NCBI GenBank assembly: GCA_046045415.1
Contig: JBJOLT010000015.1
Span: 5,988 to 69,987 of the forward strand
DNA from: Chloroflexota bacterium
GTDB lineage: Bacteria; Chloroflexota; Limnocylindria; Limnocylindrales; CSP1-4
Reading direction: 5' to 3'
DNA: 64,000 nt
Positions 63,610-64,000 of this stretch are shown here, piece after piece; positions within the stretch are counted from its first letter, which is position 1; every line of letters starts with the position of its first letter. The notes beneath the pieces were generated by a model. It was not told where the DNA came from. It was given only the letters and a program-made list of their open reading frames with translations, and made no database searches. The position numbers and the translations under genes were made by a program.

Positions 63610-64000
63610 GTGGGGGCGCTCCTCGACGAGCTGGTGGACGCCGGTCACGCGGCCTTCGTCGTCGGCGGGTCCCTCCGCGACGCGCTCCTCGGCCGACCGG
63701 CGGAAGACTGGGATCTCGCGACGGACGCACGGCCGGAGCGGCTCCTCGAGCTCCACCCCGAGGCGCTCTACAAGAACCGCTTCGGGACGGTGATCGTCCG
63801 GCGCGACGAGGTCGCGTACGAGATCACGACGTTCCGGAGCGACCACGAGTACACGGACTTCCGCCGGCCGGGGCGGGTCGAGTTCGGGTCGTCGATCGAG
63901 GAGGACCTCGCTCGCCGGGACTTCACGGTGAACGCGATGGCGTGGGGGCGCCGACCCGGCGAGGCCGCCCCCGCGTACGTCGACCCGTACGGCGGCCGTG
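63610..64000 (+). CDS. cca: CCA tRNA nucleotidyltransferase / poly(A) polymerase family, N-terminal part (runs off the window end)
   Basis: Not in the ORF track. Hand translation gives LLDELVDAGHAAFVVGGSLRDALLGRPAEDWDLATDA..RFGTV..YEITTFR..EEDLARRDFTVNAMAW. The start is uncertain; GTG at 63610 is the nearest canonical codon. Confidence 0.75.
   Translation, partial: MGALLDELVDAGHAAFVVGGSLRDALLGRPAEDWDLATDARPERLLELHPEALYKNRFGTVIVRRDEVAYEITTFRSDHEYTDFRRPGRVEFGSSIEEDLARRDFTVNAMAWGRRPGEAAPAYVDPYGGR

Overview
This is a high-GC chromosomal segment (roughly 70-75% GC by eye). It most likely comes from a monoderm actinobacterium: UPF0182, GuaB3, the truncated haemoglobin GlbO, an Fgd-like F420 enzyme, a Ppm1-like GT2 and MreBC are all present. 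I support about 60 protein genes and one tRNA-Pro(UGG). Most genes are on the minus strand, and many are joined by 4-nt ATGA/GTGA start-stop overlaps. Most very long ORFs in the track are Arg/Pro/Gly/Asp-rich shadow frames opposite real genes. Several real genes are only the C-terminal parts of over-extended ORFs. I re-mapped their starts by hand and checked them by frame arithmetic against the ORF track.

Gene blocks:
1. 1-10.6 kb: an inositol-type sugar ABC importer with IolE-like, IolD, IolB and a divergent transaldolase-family gene. A heliorhodopsin and a CPA2 cation:proton antiporter follow on the same strand.
2. 10.7-19.8 kb: EamA, an orphan PTS enzyme I, Ogt, tRNA-Pro, DedA, RdgB-Rph-MazG and a parvulin PPIase.
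3. 19.9-34.8 kb: a cell-envelope glycopolymer locus. It holds two NDP-sugar dehydrogenases, four GT4-type transferases (three are tandem paralogs), an ABC-2 exporter, a complete WbpA/B/E/D/I-like UDP-ManNAc3NAcA set and a Ppm1-like GT2.
4. 34.9-45.7 kb: a secreted protein (His/Cys motifs plus FlgD-Ig domains), MreC/MreB, RadC, a CPBP protease, a zinc-ribbon membrane protein and UPF0182.
5. 45.8-56.6 kb: GuaA/GlbO/GuaB3, NUDIX, the c-di-AMP receptor DarA, a degenerate GAF-GGDEF protein, Tmk, TldD/TldE and an Fgd-like enzyme.
6. 56.6-64 kb: pdxS-pdxT-GNAT-SpoIIIAA/R3H ATPase-DCC, then VOC, HNH and a partial CCA enzyme.

I saw no rRNA, CRISPR array, transposase or integrase.

The strongest lead is the heliorhodopsin (949-1770). 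It sits at the tail of the sugar import/catabolism operon and directly upstream of an antiporter, which suggests a possible light-linked transport or metabolism module.

Limits: all homology calls rest on alignment from memory, with no searches run. Hand-mapped non-coding coordinates may be off by about 1 nt.
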